Part shown: positions 63,249 to 64,000 of the stretch, piece after piece
Position numbering within the stretch: the stretch's first letter is position 1
Layout: every line of letters starts with the position of its first letter
Virus record (IMG/VR): IMGVR_UViG_3300029288_000001
Span: 128,001-192,000 of that record
Origin: a virus
Taxonomy: Duplodnaviria; Caudoviricetes
Strand: one strand, 5' to 3'
DNA: 64,000 bases
Notes under the pieces: generated by a model
Database searches by the model: none
What the model saw: only the letters and a program-made list of their open reading frames with translations
What the model was told of the DNA's origin: nothing
Translations under genes and position numbers: made by a program

Positions 63249-63610
63249 TATTCCACCTCGATCGTAGAAATCGCTAACATAAACGAAGCGAGTATGTTTA
63301 AGTCTTCTATATCTAAGTCTGGATTATCGTCCGCAATAGATTGAAAAAAAGGCACTAACTTTTCTAAGTGTAGATTTATGTGCTTAAAGCATACATTTAA
63401 TTCGAACCCATCTTCACACTTAACGATCACATTATTTTTCACTAACGAATTAAAATGGTAAAATATCTGGGCTGTTGACATATCGTGATCTTTTGCGAAT
63501 CTATACATTGAGATAGGCTCTTTATATTTTACCATACTCTGGATTATAAAGAGCTTAGTATCTAACCCATTCTTATCTTTAACTTTAACTCTTATACGAT
63601 CGGATTCCAT
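63248..63610 (-). CDS. Winged-helix DNA-binding protein
   Basis: ISMYRFAKDHDMSTAQIFYHFNSLVKNNVI. Confidence 0.65.
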   Translation of the reverse strand: MESDRIRVKVKDKNGLDTKLFIIQSMVKYKEPISMYRFAKDHDMSTAQIFYHFNSLVKNNVIVKCEDGFELNVCFKHINLHLEKLVPFFQSIADDNPDLDIEDLNILASFMLAISTIEVE

Positions 63611-63612
63611 AT

Positions 63613-63912
63613 TTATGCTTTTTGTTTTTTATATTCCGCGGCACACGCAGTAAAGACCTCAGTGTGTTGCATATTTGGAGATTCCTTTTTCTTTTTTGGG
63701 ATACAGTCTTTCATATGGAGGTTATATGCGCTAGGGGCACGCTTAGTCTTCTGTTTTCCTCCATTTCTATTTCCCTCGCTAGGACACGAAGTATTGATCT
63801 TTTGGCATTTATCTATCCACGCTGGCACGAACGCTTTTAGAATTAGTAAATTGGGAGCGTTCTCTATCTTTTCCTTAAATTCTGATACATTACATTCTAT
63901 TGGCATTTTCAT
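63613..63912 (-). CDS. HMG-box/YABBY-like DNA-binding protein
   Basis: KRAPSAYNLHMKDCIPKKKKESPNMQHTEVFTACAAEYKK. Confidence 0.7.
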   Translation of the reverse strand: MKMPIECNVSEFKEKIENAPNLLILKAFVPAWIDKCQKINTSCPSEGNRNGGKQKTKRAPSAYNLHMKDCIPKKKKESPNMQHTEVFTACAAEYKKQKA

Positions 63913-64000
63913 ATTGATCTACCTCTATAATGGGCATTTTTTATGTTGTTCAAACGCTTTCTTAGCTTGATCTCCCCAATACTTTTTCTTCTCTTCTGGC

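Noticed and set aside
1-64000. Stop-codon reassignment
   Set aside because: TAA, TAG and TGA all end conserved genes; the apparent gaps are explained by non-AUG starts.
1-64000. CRISPR array, rRNA, diversity-generating retroelement or Borg-like tandem repeats
   Set aside because: No repeat-spacer periodicity, rRNA motifs, reverse transcriptase or template/variable repeat pair was seen.

Overview
About 64 kb of a large virus or extrachromosomal element with an archaeal host. The host inference rests on TATA-box promoters, GAGG(T)G Shine-Dalgarno (SD) sites, endonuclease-type tRNA introns and a TFB-like domain. No capsid, terminase, portal or DNA polymerase is recognisable in this window. Two divergent arms of short genes start from a 51-bp perfect inverted repeat (6654-6704 / 7868-7918) with mirror-image strand skew, a candidate origin. 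An RNA cluster at 16.5-18.6 kb holds tRNA-Pro, -Ile(UAU), -Ser (55-nt intron), -Cys, and -Leu(UAA), whose 499-nt intron is almost entirely an EndoVII-type endonuclease gene. It also holds an aberrant tRNA-like RNA, a K-turn hairpin, a roughly 270-nt structured RNA and a circularly permuted tRNA mimic. Recognisable proteins are a Ycf46-like AAA ATPase with DUF1257 and DUF2997, a class II CCA-adding enzyme next to a polynucleotide kinase, ParB, a Dam-type methylase, two ADP-ribosyltransferase-like proteins, two JAB-domain proteins, two GIY-YIG nucleases, HNH nucleases and an HMG-box-like protein. Two features stand out. At least 15 genes appear to start at ACG, ATA or CTG, alongside an atypical initiator-like tRNA-Met. 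About 18 divergent paralogs of a small four-cysteine, beta-rich protein form an expanded family. All calls come from motifs read by eye; no database searches were run.
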